Part shown: positions 53,101-64,000 of the stretch, in pieces
Layout: each line of letters opens with the position of its first letter
Position numbering within the stretch: the stretch's first letter is position 1
Assembly (NCBI GenBank): GCA_030141605.1
Contig: JAQGDQ010000088.1
Span: 62,001-126,000, forward strand
Direction: 5' to 3'
DNA from: Tubiluchus corallicola
Taxonomy: Eukaryota > Animalia > Priapulida
Length of the DNA: 64,000 nt
The notes under the pieces: generated by a model
Seen by the model: only the letters and a program-made list of their open reading frames with translations
Told to the model about the DNA's origin: nothing
Database searches by the model: none
Program-made: the position numbers and the translations under genes

Positions 53101-53900
53101 TATATCTTGCTTCCATATTTCTGCTAAGCCTGCATTCTGTGTCATGGTTTTAATTTTTTCTAATTCTGTTTGTGTAATTTTCATTGGGTATTGTTTTCTA
53201 GTTCCTTGTACACCCGTGTTTATTTCATACATACTATAACTGTATTGTGAACAGAATGTCTTTCTATCACCTTTCCATTTTCACTTTCAATGCTATCCAT
53301 TCCCCTTTTTTACTTTGTCTGTTTTCATATAATTGACTGCTTCTACTTCATTTTTACTCAGCACACAATAATCTGTTACTGATTTTTCGATCCCTTGTGT
53401 GTGCATCCATAATCTTTCACATTTATCTGTTGCATTTAATAAACAGAGAATATGTTCTTCCGTTATTTTTAGTAACATTTTCCTGCCTACACTCACTTCT
53501 TTGTTACCTGGTGTTGTACATCCAACTTTATAGTTGAATTCACCAGCTATTATTATTTTCTCATTCTTTCGTTTCGCTTCGTTTATATGTTTTTCTATAT
53601 TTGAGTACATATTTTTTAACTCTGATACTTTAGTTCGGCCTTCTTGTGAGCCATATATTACTCCAAGTCTAATTTTAACTTGTCCATTATCAATTATAGA
53701 CCAAACTCCTTCATAGTGTTCTTCGGTAAATTCTTTATATTTCTAAAAGTGCTCGATGCAATTCAACTTTAAGTAATACTAGTATTCCTCCTTTCTCATT
53801 CTTTCAATTCTTAAATATTGATATACATCAAATTTAATTTTATCATTTTACTTTAGAAATTTTCTACACAACAAAATATTTCTGACTTCCACTCTTCCTG
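53101..53900 (-). mobile_element. Decayed LINE ORF2, APE endonuclease part (upstream of the Harbinger insertion)
   Basis: LGVIYGSQEG...IIIAGEFNYKVG...LLNATDKC...EKSVTDYCVLS...HSVHNTV are degenerate GDFN, (I)DY and SDH endonuclease motifs. Confidence 0.85.
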
Positions 53901-54124
53901 TTTACCTATCTTCCTATCTATCTATTTATCTTCCTATAGATTGATTACACTACCTAGCTTCTTCTTTATTCCTCGGGCATTTCAAAAAATTAATGTGAAA
54001 TTTGTATATAACTATATTATTAGCTATAAAGCACAGTGGGGGTAGGTGTCGAGCAAAACGCGTCACGTAGTACAACACCGCATTTTGCTGGAATCAAATT
54101 ATTAGTCATAGTTATTAACATTAC

Positions 54125-54235
54125 CTTTTTTGATAAATTGTGAACGTAAGGACAAGTATTGCAAGCAAACCGATAACACTTTCTTCCTTCCTCAACGGTT
54201 AAAACATTCGCACACGCGGGACAAAATAGAAGCAT
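54125..54235 (-). CDS. POLR3K: RNA polymerase III subunit RPC10/C11, coding exon 1
   Basis: ATG 54235; MLLFCPACANVLTVEEGRKCYRFACNTCPYVHNLSKK (37 codons), phase-0 donor AAG|GTAATG; joined to exon 2 it gives 108 aa across a 7901-nt intron (46224-54124). Confidence 0.97.
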
Positions 54236-54349
54236 ATCTAATTCATATAAAATAATGCATTACAATAATTGAATTATTTCAAGCTAAATCGGCTAAACCT
54301 GCAACTAAGCATTATTTATTTTTAATTATCAATAATCAACGTAATGTAA

Positions 54350-54445
54350 TATTTAGCGCACTAGCCCATGTACCGCAGTTCGCTACTACGCATGTGCTAA
54401 ACAACTGACGGTATGTGAAATACCGCAATCGCTGACTCGTCTAAG
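54350..54445 (-). promoter_or_regulatory. Candidate POLR3K proximal promoter
   Basis: Local CpG-rich patch 120-200 nt upstream of the ATG with an NRF1-like ACGCATGTGC, in otherwise very AT-rich sequence; inference only. Confidence 0.35.
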
Positions 54446-55039
54446 TTTACATTTTTCCATATTTCCTGTAACGCTCTGAAATTTGGTACCAACTTTTAAT
54501 TAATTGTAATTTGTTTATGCATTAATTAATATGAAATTACATGTAAGTGAATTAAATTTGGTGAGACACAGAAATTTAATTTTAAAAATGTTTTAACAGT
54601 AGGAAATCCCAGTGCTTTTTAACCTTTGTCAAGGTTTGGTTTGTACCATCAAGTTCAAGCCATTTATATATCTTTTTTAGTTTATTGTGTTACTACTAGT
54701 TGTAATATATCTTTTGGGTTTCTTCTGCCTTAACTGTAGGCCTGATACAGTATCTATTTTACTTGTTTATTATTATTGTAATTCAGTGTGCTAACTAATT
54801 CCTTCTTATTTCTTTGCAATAATTCACATTATTGTAATACATTCTATAGAAGTGTATTGCTGATTCAGTTAAATACTTGGCAATGGAATTGAATCTTGTT
54901 AATCATATTGTTTTTATTTTATCGTATGGATAATTTACATTTAATCAATTATTTAATTTATACTGTTATTTTAAATCATTGAAATAAACAAAGAGAACGG
55001 ACGCTGCCATCAAGGTAAACTCAGCCCAGTTTCTGACTT

Positions 55040-55477
55040 AAAAAGCAAACACAATTTTCGGGATGACAAAAAGGCACATCGTTCCTAGAAATAAAGAAAT
55101 TATAATTGAAATTATACAGTTGGTTTGGCCTCATCTAGAATACTGTATACAGCTTTGGAATCCCCATTTTCAGAAAGACATAATTGCTTATGGAAGGTGT
55201 GCAAAGGTGTATTTTACTGGCTATAATATTCGGTTGTAAAAAGCTGACATATTTAGAAAGATTATCGTATTGCAGTTTGACCACGCTTGAATGAAGAAGA
55301 CACCACACGCGGGGATCTTACTGAGTTTATGAAATTTTAACTAGAAAAGAAAACATTTTGCATGAAAAATTCTTTAATATAGTTGTTGATTCTAAAACTA
55401 GAGGATACTATAGTTGAAATTTGTTTAAAGAGCAGTCACGTCTTCACATTCGTAATTATTCATTTTGAGATCGCAGT
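55040..55477 (+). mobile_element. Decayed CR1-like LINE 3' region (left part)
   Basis: Reads IIIEIIQLVWPHLEYCIQLWNPHFQKDI...EGVQR...RGDL...LHIRNYSF, the CR1 post-RT motifs (RPHLEY...W.P, RGDL). Confidence 0.75.
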
Positions 55478-58218
55478 TGAAAAAAGTGTCAAAGAACTAA
55501 AAGTAGAATAAAAGCACAAACAATGACACGAACAATACAGAATTTAAATGAACAAAGAAGCTGCAATCCTCGAGAATTTTGTAATAGAATAAATAACTTT
55601 GCGAAAACGATAAGAAATAAAAATTGGAAATCCCAATAGAAAAACTATTTAACTACTACAAAGTACTTTATCAAGATATAATACCACAGACTATCAACGG
55701 CTTGAAAAACATGGAAAATCCCATTATGAATAGATCACTACTAAAATTGTGTGATCTTCAGATGTGTAAAACAAGAATCTCTACAAGAAGTAAAAGCACA
55801 AATAAAAAATCGCAAATGTGAAAAAAGTACTGGATTTGACAACGTCTCAGACGAAATGATAAAATCAGCATCAGATGTCTTAATCAGTCCTCTCGTAAAA
55901 CTTATGAACGTAATACCCAGAGCATTGGCACAAAACTATCTTAACCCCAATTTTCAAAAGTGGTGAGGCCTCTGACCCAAAAAAACTACTGCGACATCTC
56001 AATAATTTCATGCTTAGGAAAACTATTTAACTTAATTGTAAATGACAGAATATTTAAATACCTGGAACTAAATGATATTCTATCTAAAACTCAATTTGGC
56101 TTGAGAAAAAATTCACAAACAACTGACCCCCTACAGCTACTAAATGCTTTGGTTACACAAACAACTTCTCAGGCTGGCACATATTTGTGCTCCTGCTTCA
56201 TTGACTTTCAAACTGCATTTAACCAAATAAACCATAATCTATTATCCAAAAAGCTGGAGCTGTATGGCATTGATATTGATGCAACACAAGCAATAACGAA
56301 TATGTACCAGAAGTCAAAATGTTCTATAAAAAAGAATCTGTCTTTTCTTTATTTTTTGATGGAAAAACAGGCATACGACAATGTGATAATCTACGTCCAA
56401 CACTCTTCAACTTGTATGTAAACGATCTCCCCCAATCTCTCTCCAATAATGATGCTCCAATACTAAATGCGGTAGTAATAAAGTGCTTGCCTTATGCAGA
56501 TGATCTAGTTCCACTTAGTAGATCTGGAGAGGGCATGGCCTCCAAAAATCTATTGATGAACTTTTGCAGTATGCCACACAAAACCACCTACAGAAAAACT
56601 AAAGTAGTGGTGTTTGGAAAAAGGCCATCATCAAATGCCACCTTGCAGATGAACTCATCAGATGAACGCAGACACTAAGGAATGGAAAACATATTAAATA
56701 TCTAGGGGTGTATTTCACCAAACACAGGAATACACAACAAACATGTAGAAACAATGAGAAACCACAGCGTAAGAGCTCTCTCTAAAATAAAAACTCAACG
56801 GAAATTTCCCATTGACTACACTAATTTTCGTATTTAACACACTAATAGTCCTTATTACAATACATGGTTGTGAAATTTCAGTAAATGCTTATGTAGAAAA
56901 ACTAAATAAAATTGACAGCAATGACACTGAGAAAGTTTTATGAATATGGAATCAATCCCCATTCGAACATGTCCAAAATAAGTTCACACAATGGATGATA
57001 GGGGTAAAGAAAACAGCATCCAACATTGCCAGCAAGGCTGAACTGGGTTTATATCCTCTCCTCTTTGCAGCAGCAAAAAGATCATACAAACTTGGCTTAA
57101 CTGCCGCCCGCAAACATAGAAACACTATATTTAACACCATATTCCCGTCTTTCGATCATACAGCTCTATTCTCGCCCACATGGAAATTTATGCCAAACAA
57201 TGTACAATATGAGAATGAATCAATGACAATAAATCAGAAAGTCAAAAACCTGAACAAAATTCCGACAGTGAGATATGGAAATCTATTATTAGCGAAATTT
57301 ATAATGATGATAGGAAAAAGGGAGGCCGCAACAAGCTTTGGAAATCAAGCGTGCTTGTTATACCAAAACACCAGAACAAGAACGAACAAGATACGCAATT
57401 ATTGCACAAACTCCTCCCCTAAAAAAACATGAAATTGAAGATGAAATGGACTTTATTTATGACTGCCCACTTTTTGCTGAAAATAGAACAAATTGTGAAA
57501 ATAAACTTCACAGTTAAATTTTTTCTCTAGGAATACCACCTTCTCTCATGTGGTTGTTTAACAGTAGTGTTCAACAAGATATAATTCATTTTACAAAATA
57601 TATATTTAAAAACTTCCAAATAAGAAAAACAAAAGGCTGACACTGGCTACACCTTGTTGAACCTTTTCAATGTTAACTCAACTACTCAAGAGTTGAAATA
57701 GTTTAATATCTAGTTATAATTGTGTATTGCATAATGTATAGTTGTTAATTACTTTTAATACTGTTCTTTGTTTTTTGCATGCATAATTTTTAATACAGTT
57801 TCTTTGTTTTTTTTGTACGCTTTCCTGTTACAATTTATACATCTATGGTATCAATGCAAGAAACTTCTGGCAACATCTCCAATCCCTAGGGAAGAAGAAA
57901 TCAGCACTTTGGCAGCAGATTCTAACCACAATTATTTTCAACTCTCATTATGTTATTTTTATAATCTTTCATTTAAAAAGCTGGTACAAATACCTACTAT
58001 TTATAAGCCATTTTTCTCTTTTCATTTCTAAATTATACAATTTTCTATAACTGTAATTTTTGTCTCAGTGTACCATACCTTTATCTTTGTCTATAAAAAA
58101 ACATTACAGACAACCTATTGTAATTTTTTTAGTTTTTCGTATTTAACTTGTAATATATTGCATTGCCAAATGTACATTGTATGTATTTGTGCAAATATAA
58201 AGCTGATAACGACTGTGA
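55478..58218 (+). mobile_element. Decayed 5'-truncated LINE (RT) of a different family, nested in the CR1-like element
   Basis: KSTGFDNVSDEMIK, NYCDISIISCLGKLFN, QFGLRK, CFIDFQTAFN, GIRQCDNLRPTLFNLYVND, LPYADDLV (RT core), AELGLYPL; long AT-rich 3' UTR ending GCAAATATAAAGCTGATAACGACTGTGA. Confidence 0.88.
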
Positions 58219-58310
58219 CAGTAGTGAATGAATGGAATAATCTGCCTGCTATGGTCATTGTCACACCCAACCATAGTTAAGTTTAATTCGACAATTAGAC
58301 GACACCCAAA
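58219..58310 (+). mobile_element. Decayed CR1-like LINE 3' end (right part)
   Basis: VVNEWNNLPAMVI...QLDDT matches the CR1 C-terminal RVVNEWN.LP...FK..LD motif and continues the fragment that ends at 55477. Confidence 0.7.
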
Positions 58311-58556
58311 CCTTAGTCGAAAATTATTTTGTGGAAAAAATTGGGCTTATACTCGCTTGACATTATAAAGTATAAAATAGTATAAAGTATATAATCACGA
58401 CAGTATAAAATAATACAGAACAATACAGTACAACAGTATAAAATCGGATGCGGTGTTTGGGCAGGCCGTATACCCCTCGTGCTGTAGGGACTAGTGCGGT
58501 AGACATGCCCATTTTCTCCCTTTATCTTGATTTGACGCAAAGAATAAGTACCACAA

Positions 58557-59462
58557 ACAACGTTTAGGAAAAGAAAGTGACGAACATCGCTTATTGCTAC
58601 ATATTTCGTTTTTGTGATTAGCGGCTACGCTGGCGGCATCAAACGCCGGATGATTAAAAACTTTTGAGCCCTGCTTTGACTGTAATAATAATATTCTTAA
58701 GTACACCAATAGTGTTGGTATTCGCGGAATTTTGATAAGCCAAAATCACTTTTGCGTTTTAGTAAAAGAAAAATAACTCAAATAAAAGCAATTATTAGTT
58801 AAAAAACTAAAAACTTTTCATGAAAACGAAAAACAGTTGTAGCAACAAGTTTGTACTATGTACTTGCAAATACTTCTTCAGTTTTCTTGTAAGTAAAATT
58901 TTACTGTTCTTCCTAAAGAAAGAGGCTAGCTGATTGCGTGATGGGCTGCCTACTATGCAAAAAAGTAATGCCTTTTAAATGATTTATTGATTTCTCTCCC
59001 TCCCTCTCTTAGTGAGAAAGAGATGGAGGGAGAAGAAAGAGAAAGAGAGAGAGGGAGAGACAGAGAGAGGGAGGGAGAGAGAAATAGAGAGACAGAAAGA
59101 GGTAGGGAGGGAGAGACAGATACACACACAGAGAGAGATCCGATCATTCTTTTCCTTTTGTTGAAGGTTCTGCCATTTGTTTGTTGGTCGTTTTACTCCA
59201 ATGCAAGGTGGCGGATTTGGCACATTAAAAATTACACCCATTTATGTGCCCTGCAATTAATCTATATAATTACACATATATTATATTGTTGGTTTGTATA
59301 TAAATAATGCGCACACGCACATACGCACACAACAAGTAATTGCATACGGTGCTTCATATATAAATAATCAATACAGCAGTAGAGATGAGTAGGACTGAAA
59401 TGCCAACCTAGGGCATCGTAACATCTTGATACACCCATGCACACACTCTCATATACATGTAT
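58557..59462 (+). mobile_element. Dispersed repeat, copy 2 of 3, with an imperfect (GA)n tract
   Basis: Collinear with 96-905 on both sides of the microsatellite; carries extra sequence at about 59160-59360. Confidence 0.8.
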
Positions 59463-60842
59463 TATTACATTATTATATACAGAAATTCCATGAAGCTGAG
59501 CCTATTATATTTAACAATATAAATTTATTGCCCTCAGCACCCAGGCCAGTATAAAATCTATTAATTTAAGCCCATCAATAAATAAATTATTTATCAAGAC
59601 TTGTCTGTGGATTTAGCCACAGTTGTTTTTATTAGTACGCTTATACAAGTACATTTTTTACGTGTAAACAAACTGTATTTAATGAGCATTTATTTGACAC
59701 AAGCCAAGCTGAATCTTAAAAAAAATTAAGCTAAATATAACTGATGTCTAATGATATATATCATGTTATGACTCGCCTGCAGATTCTAATTTATGCGCCA
59801 AGTTGGCTTCTCACCTAAATTCTATAACTTGATTTTGATCTAGTTAGTTGGTTGTTATAGAGGTGGAAGTAATGTCGGCTGCTTAGAATGACAGCTCTGA
59901 TGTTTCGTTTTGTTATTTTTTGTTCACCGACAATAAAAAAGAGGAGTAATGCCGTAAACACATCTCCGTTTGTTCAACGTGATTTTATAATCAACTCCAG
60001 CTCATGTGCTTTTTAAACATCGTTTAACTTGGAATTAACAAAACATGCAGATGCTTAGATTAAGTTGTATTCTGGAAAAATTATTTGCTCTTCTGAAAAA
60101 AATGATTTTTTTCTATGAAAGGTATTACACTCGAAAGTCGGGCCTAATATTTCCTCAAGCTATATTTCCTGAAGAAACACATTAAATAGGAATGTTTTTT
60201 TAGAAAAAATATTTCTCCACAAATAGAATTCTGCATGAGATAAGTATTTGCAAGCTTTCTTTATATTAACTTTCTTATTAATTACTACAGACTTATTAAC
60301 TTTCTTAACTTCTTTTGTGAATAAGCCTATTAATTTTCATGAGATATGAATATAATAGTTTTTATTTTAACTACTAATTATTCTTAATGCCTTATGCTTG
60401 CTTTAAATAATATTCAGAAATATAACAGCTGCTATAAATCGCCAAAGACAGATGTAGGCCTTGCAGTCTTTGCTTAGTGTAGAAAATATTTAACTTGTAA
60501 CAAAAAGTTACAAAGCTGTGTTATAACTAGCATTTTGGTATAATTACCTGGCTGCATCCTCAGGAAATTCAAAAAGATATTTCTATTTGTGTTTTTGCAA
60601 CTAACTGCTGAGCAGTTTATGAGCACCTATTGACTAGCCTGAATTTGGTGGTCTTATCAATTCATCTGCTACAGTACGCACCGGTATGCCGTACCTAACA
60701 ACAAGAGTCCATACTGCTGTGCCACTAGGGTGACACTAACTGCACGAACTGCTGCGCAGTAGGGCTTTCTCTACTTTCTCAGGTCCATATTCTTTGTTTC
60801 TACCCTTTGATTTGACCAAAGAATATGGACACTACTTTTTTA

Positions 60843-61224
60843 CACGCACATCAGCTAGCGTCTTTCCTCAGGAAGAACAGTAAATTTTACTTACAAGAAA
60901 GCTGAAGAAGTATTTGCAAGTACATAATACAAACTTATTGCTACATTTTTTTCCCTTTTCGTGAAATGTTTTCAGTTTTTTTTAAACAAATAATCGCTTG
61001 TAATTGAGATATTCTTCTTTTATTAAAAACGCAAGTGATTTTGGCTTATCGAAACTGCGCGTATGCCAACATTAATGGTGAACTTAATAATATTATTATT
61101 ACAGTCAATGCGCCGCTCAAAATTTTTTAATCGTCAACCGTTTGATGCCGGTAGCATAGCAGCTAATCGCAAAAACGAAATACGTAATAATATATTTCGT
61201 TTTTCCCTTTTTTACACTTTGATT
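60843..61224 (-). mobile_element. Dispersed repeat, copy 3 of 3 (partial, inverted)
   Basis: Reverse complement aligns to 96-480 and 58557-58940 (e.g. TTCTTCCTGAGGAAAGA.GCTAGCTGA and TTGACTGTAATAATAATATT). Confidence 0.8.
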
Positions 61225-61970
61225 TGACGTGTCGATTTCAAAGAATTCCGCTACTGCCAATCTTAACAGCATGCAGTTTTTGCCATGTCTACCTGTTTCA
61301 AAGTCCGATTTCTTTTATTTTAGAGTTCTGCCTACCTAATGTCTACATATACGTAACGGGCATATGATAATGATGATGAACATGCAAGAAATGTAAAACG
61401 TGAACAGCAGTACAAAAAAAATAAATTTTTGAACTAGAGTAGAGCTTAGTTTTTACTCTTGAGACTTAAGCAGCTGTGTAATTAGTATAAGCATGAAGTC
61501 TAAATTACAGAATTCGGAAAACTTTGCCAAACCAGGCCTGTCGAGTTCTAAGACAACGAGTTTGTTTCGTGCTGTTAACCCAGAATTGTTTGTAAGACCG
61601 GTAAGTATGTAGGTGTCACAATATGCAGCTGTTGGGAGCAGAGCAGGATACTATTACTAGCCGAAGTAAGACAAGTGGCGTACATGGTCTAACCCAAGTA
61701 GAACGCCTCGTATATGGGCTGCCCAAGTAGGACACTAGAGACGTCACGAATTGAATCGTTAACTGTACTGGCAGCATCCGTCCTTGTTTATTTAATAAAA
61801 GCAATTGAAAATGTCAATACATGTTAGAATAATCTATTACACATCTGATAAACTAAAAGAATCTTATTCTGAGCTAATAGAACGGCCAATATTAAATTTG
61901 GCTTCGATATTAATCTTTTTCAAGTAAAATAAGTCCGCTTTTTAGATGATTCCAACATTTGCTTAAAGTA

Positions 61971-62445
61971 CTGTATATACGTGTGTGCAAGTTGACCTTA
62001 TGTACAAGTCGTCGTGCATTTTAAGACCAAAAATTGCATCATTTTATATATTACCAGTGTACAACCATAAAATATTTAGATCTTCCAGAGTAAATGATGT
62101 CAACAATGGCCGAGTAATAAATCAATAGCTTACTGTAAGATACCTGCAAGCGCCTGGGTCGAGTATATTATATCTACCCGATGTATTCATGTTATCATGT
62201 TCAATGTATTCCATGATAATGCAGCATGAAGTAATGTCAAGATGCGAACATTCTTTCTCTGATGTGAAATATCACAGTATGAGTGTTCCTTCAGTCCAGC
62301 ATAAAGATTATTTCTTTACATATTCGTACTATTGGACGACTCTTTAGCGACATCTCCCAAAACATATCGTAAGTATAAGTCGACCCCAAAAATTTCACCT
62401 TAAAATCGCCTCCCAAAAATTCGACTTGTACATAAGTATATACAG
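61971..62445. mobile_element. Tc1/mariner-pogo-type MITE
   Basis: TIRs CTGTATATACGTGTGTGCAAGTTGA vs reverse complement CTGTATATACTTATGTACAAGTCGA (21/25), flanked by TA on both sides (61969-61970, 62446-62447). Confidence 0.75.
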
Positions 62446-63049
62446 TATATCATTTTTTATTTTGTCTTGCTTCACAGACAGGAGATCCGTTTCACTACTT
62501 CTTGGACAATTAATTGCTTTCAACTAAGTAAATGGGCTAGCAAGCTATGTGCAATACATAGTTTCTCTCTTTAAAGCATTAGATACTTAGTTTAATGTTA
62601 TGATGATATTAATGGAGCTAATAATAATGATGATATTGTTGTATAGAAATACGTTGGTAAATTCTCAAGGACTACCCATCATTATTATTATTATAAAGTG
62701 TCTTTTTTTCTAAAGCAAATTTAGTTTTATGTTTTATTATGCCATAATTCTGGACAGAAATCGCCAGTGCCCTAATTGTGCAGCCCATGTACGACACTGC
62801 TTTTCCGCGTGTACGACACATGCGCTTTTGCGGAAGTGTCCTACTTCGGCTAGTGGCGTACTCCGCACCCTACAGCAACAATTTTCATATTCATGATTGT
62901 ATTATTCTACTCCATGAGTTCTAGCAGTACATGCAGACGTTTGCGCATGCTCGACTTTCACATGTACCACCTCATCTTATAATTCATTGTTGTGTACTGC
63001 AACATAGTAAATGCAGCACACTTTGTATTCGTTCTAATTCTACAACATC

Positions 63050-63450
63050 TTATTACCTGACAGATAGTGTTATTGAAGAAAAGCAGTTGTATGTGATTTG
63101 GCAATATTAATTTCAAATAACCTGAAGTGGAACTCTTATATTGAACATTCTGCTTCTCTGGCTAATTGTACCTCTGTAAAAACCTATAATTAGATCAGTA
63201 CTTGAGTATGCATGCATTGTTTGGTCAGCTCAGAATATGACTGTAAAAACGTTTTAGAAAGAACTCAATTGAGGTGTATTAACCTGGCCTTAGATATTCA
63301 ATCAGACTGTGTATCTTTTTTTGAACAACACTGTGATTATTTGACAATTGGGCACCAGTAAATTTTTGTGATTATGTATTGAATTTTTAGTGACGCACTA
63401 TTTTCGTAATTTAGCTCCCACAATGTTTTTTCTAAGAATCATATCACTTA
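63050..63450 (+). mobile_element. Decayed CR1/L2-like LINE fragment
   Basis: KPIIRSVLEYACIVWS...LERTQLR resembles the post-RT motif of CR1/L2 ORF2. Confidence 0.6.
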
Positions 63451-64000
63451 ATTACACATATGCAGTAATGTGGCATACGCAAATGTTAAAAACACTAAAC
63501 TAAATCAATTAGCGCTAAATTAAAACCAATAATTACCTAACAACCACTATTCTGTACCGACAATGTAAACACACGTGCATCCACGGAAGCATAGAAGTTC
63601 AAATGTGAAAACAACTACACCAACATCCAATCAGGAGACAGCAGACGGAGCGTGTGATTCAGTATATCACCTATTAAGATCTGTGCACGTGATTTGCCCT
63701 TGCTAGCGAAACAATGAATCAATCAGTAGTGTGTAGGCGAGTCATGTGGTCTGTTTTGAATAGTATTGAAGAAGGACATAACGAGCCTCTAGTTATTACT
63801 AGCAATTTTACAGTCTCATCGAATCTCAGGCTTAACTAATATATTTAAACCTTGCTTACAGTGAGGCCCGATATTATAAGATCTTCCTCATCATGTCGGA
63901 ATTTTACTGACCCGTGATTGTTCTTCCCCTGCATATAACGAGCACCAGTTCTAAAACAATGGGCAAATAGGCACCATTCACCAAGGATGAAAATATCACT

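Overview
AT-rich eukaryotic (invertebrate animal) genomic DNA with GT-AG spliced genes and many decayed transposons. No bacterial features, CRISPR array, rRNA or confident tRNA were seen. Three host protein-coding genes are supported. (1) A 9-coding-exon organic anion transporting polypeptide (SLCO/OATP) gene on + (CDS 19576-41891, 711 aa by my exon assembly). (2) POLR3K/RPC10, the small Zn-ribbon subunit of RNA polymerase III, on - (2 coding exons, 108 aa, 7.9-kb intron). (3) An intronless PIG-P ORF (GPI-GlcNAc transferase subunit P, 128 aa) on -. The main observation is that the PIG-P ATG lies only 35 nt after the POLR3K stop codon, in another frame, with no room for a promoter and no good splice acceptor in the spacer. 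This suggests a bicistronic or operon-like POLR3K-PIGP transcript. The POLR3K stop codon is itself part of an AATAAA hexamer. The POLR3K intron holds a decayed LINE split by a two-gene PIF/Harbinger transposon (imperfect TIRs, TAT duplication; the LINE frame is restored on removal). Also present: a LINE nested in a CR1-like LINE, two hAT-type MITEs, a pogo/Tc1-type MITE, a 3-copy microsatellite-carrying repeat, a 37-bp minisatellite and long dinucleotide tracts. All identifications come from motif recognition by eye; no database search was run.
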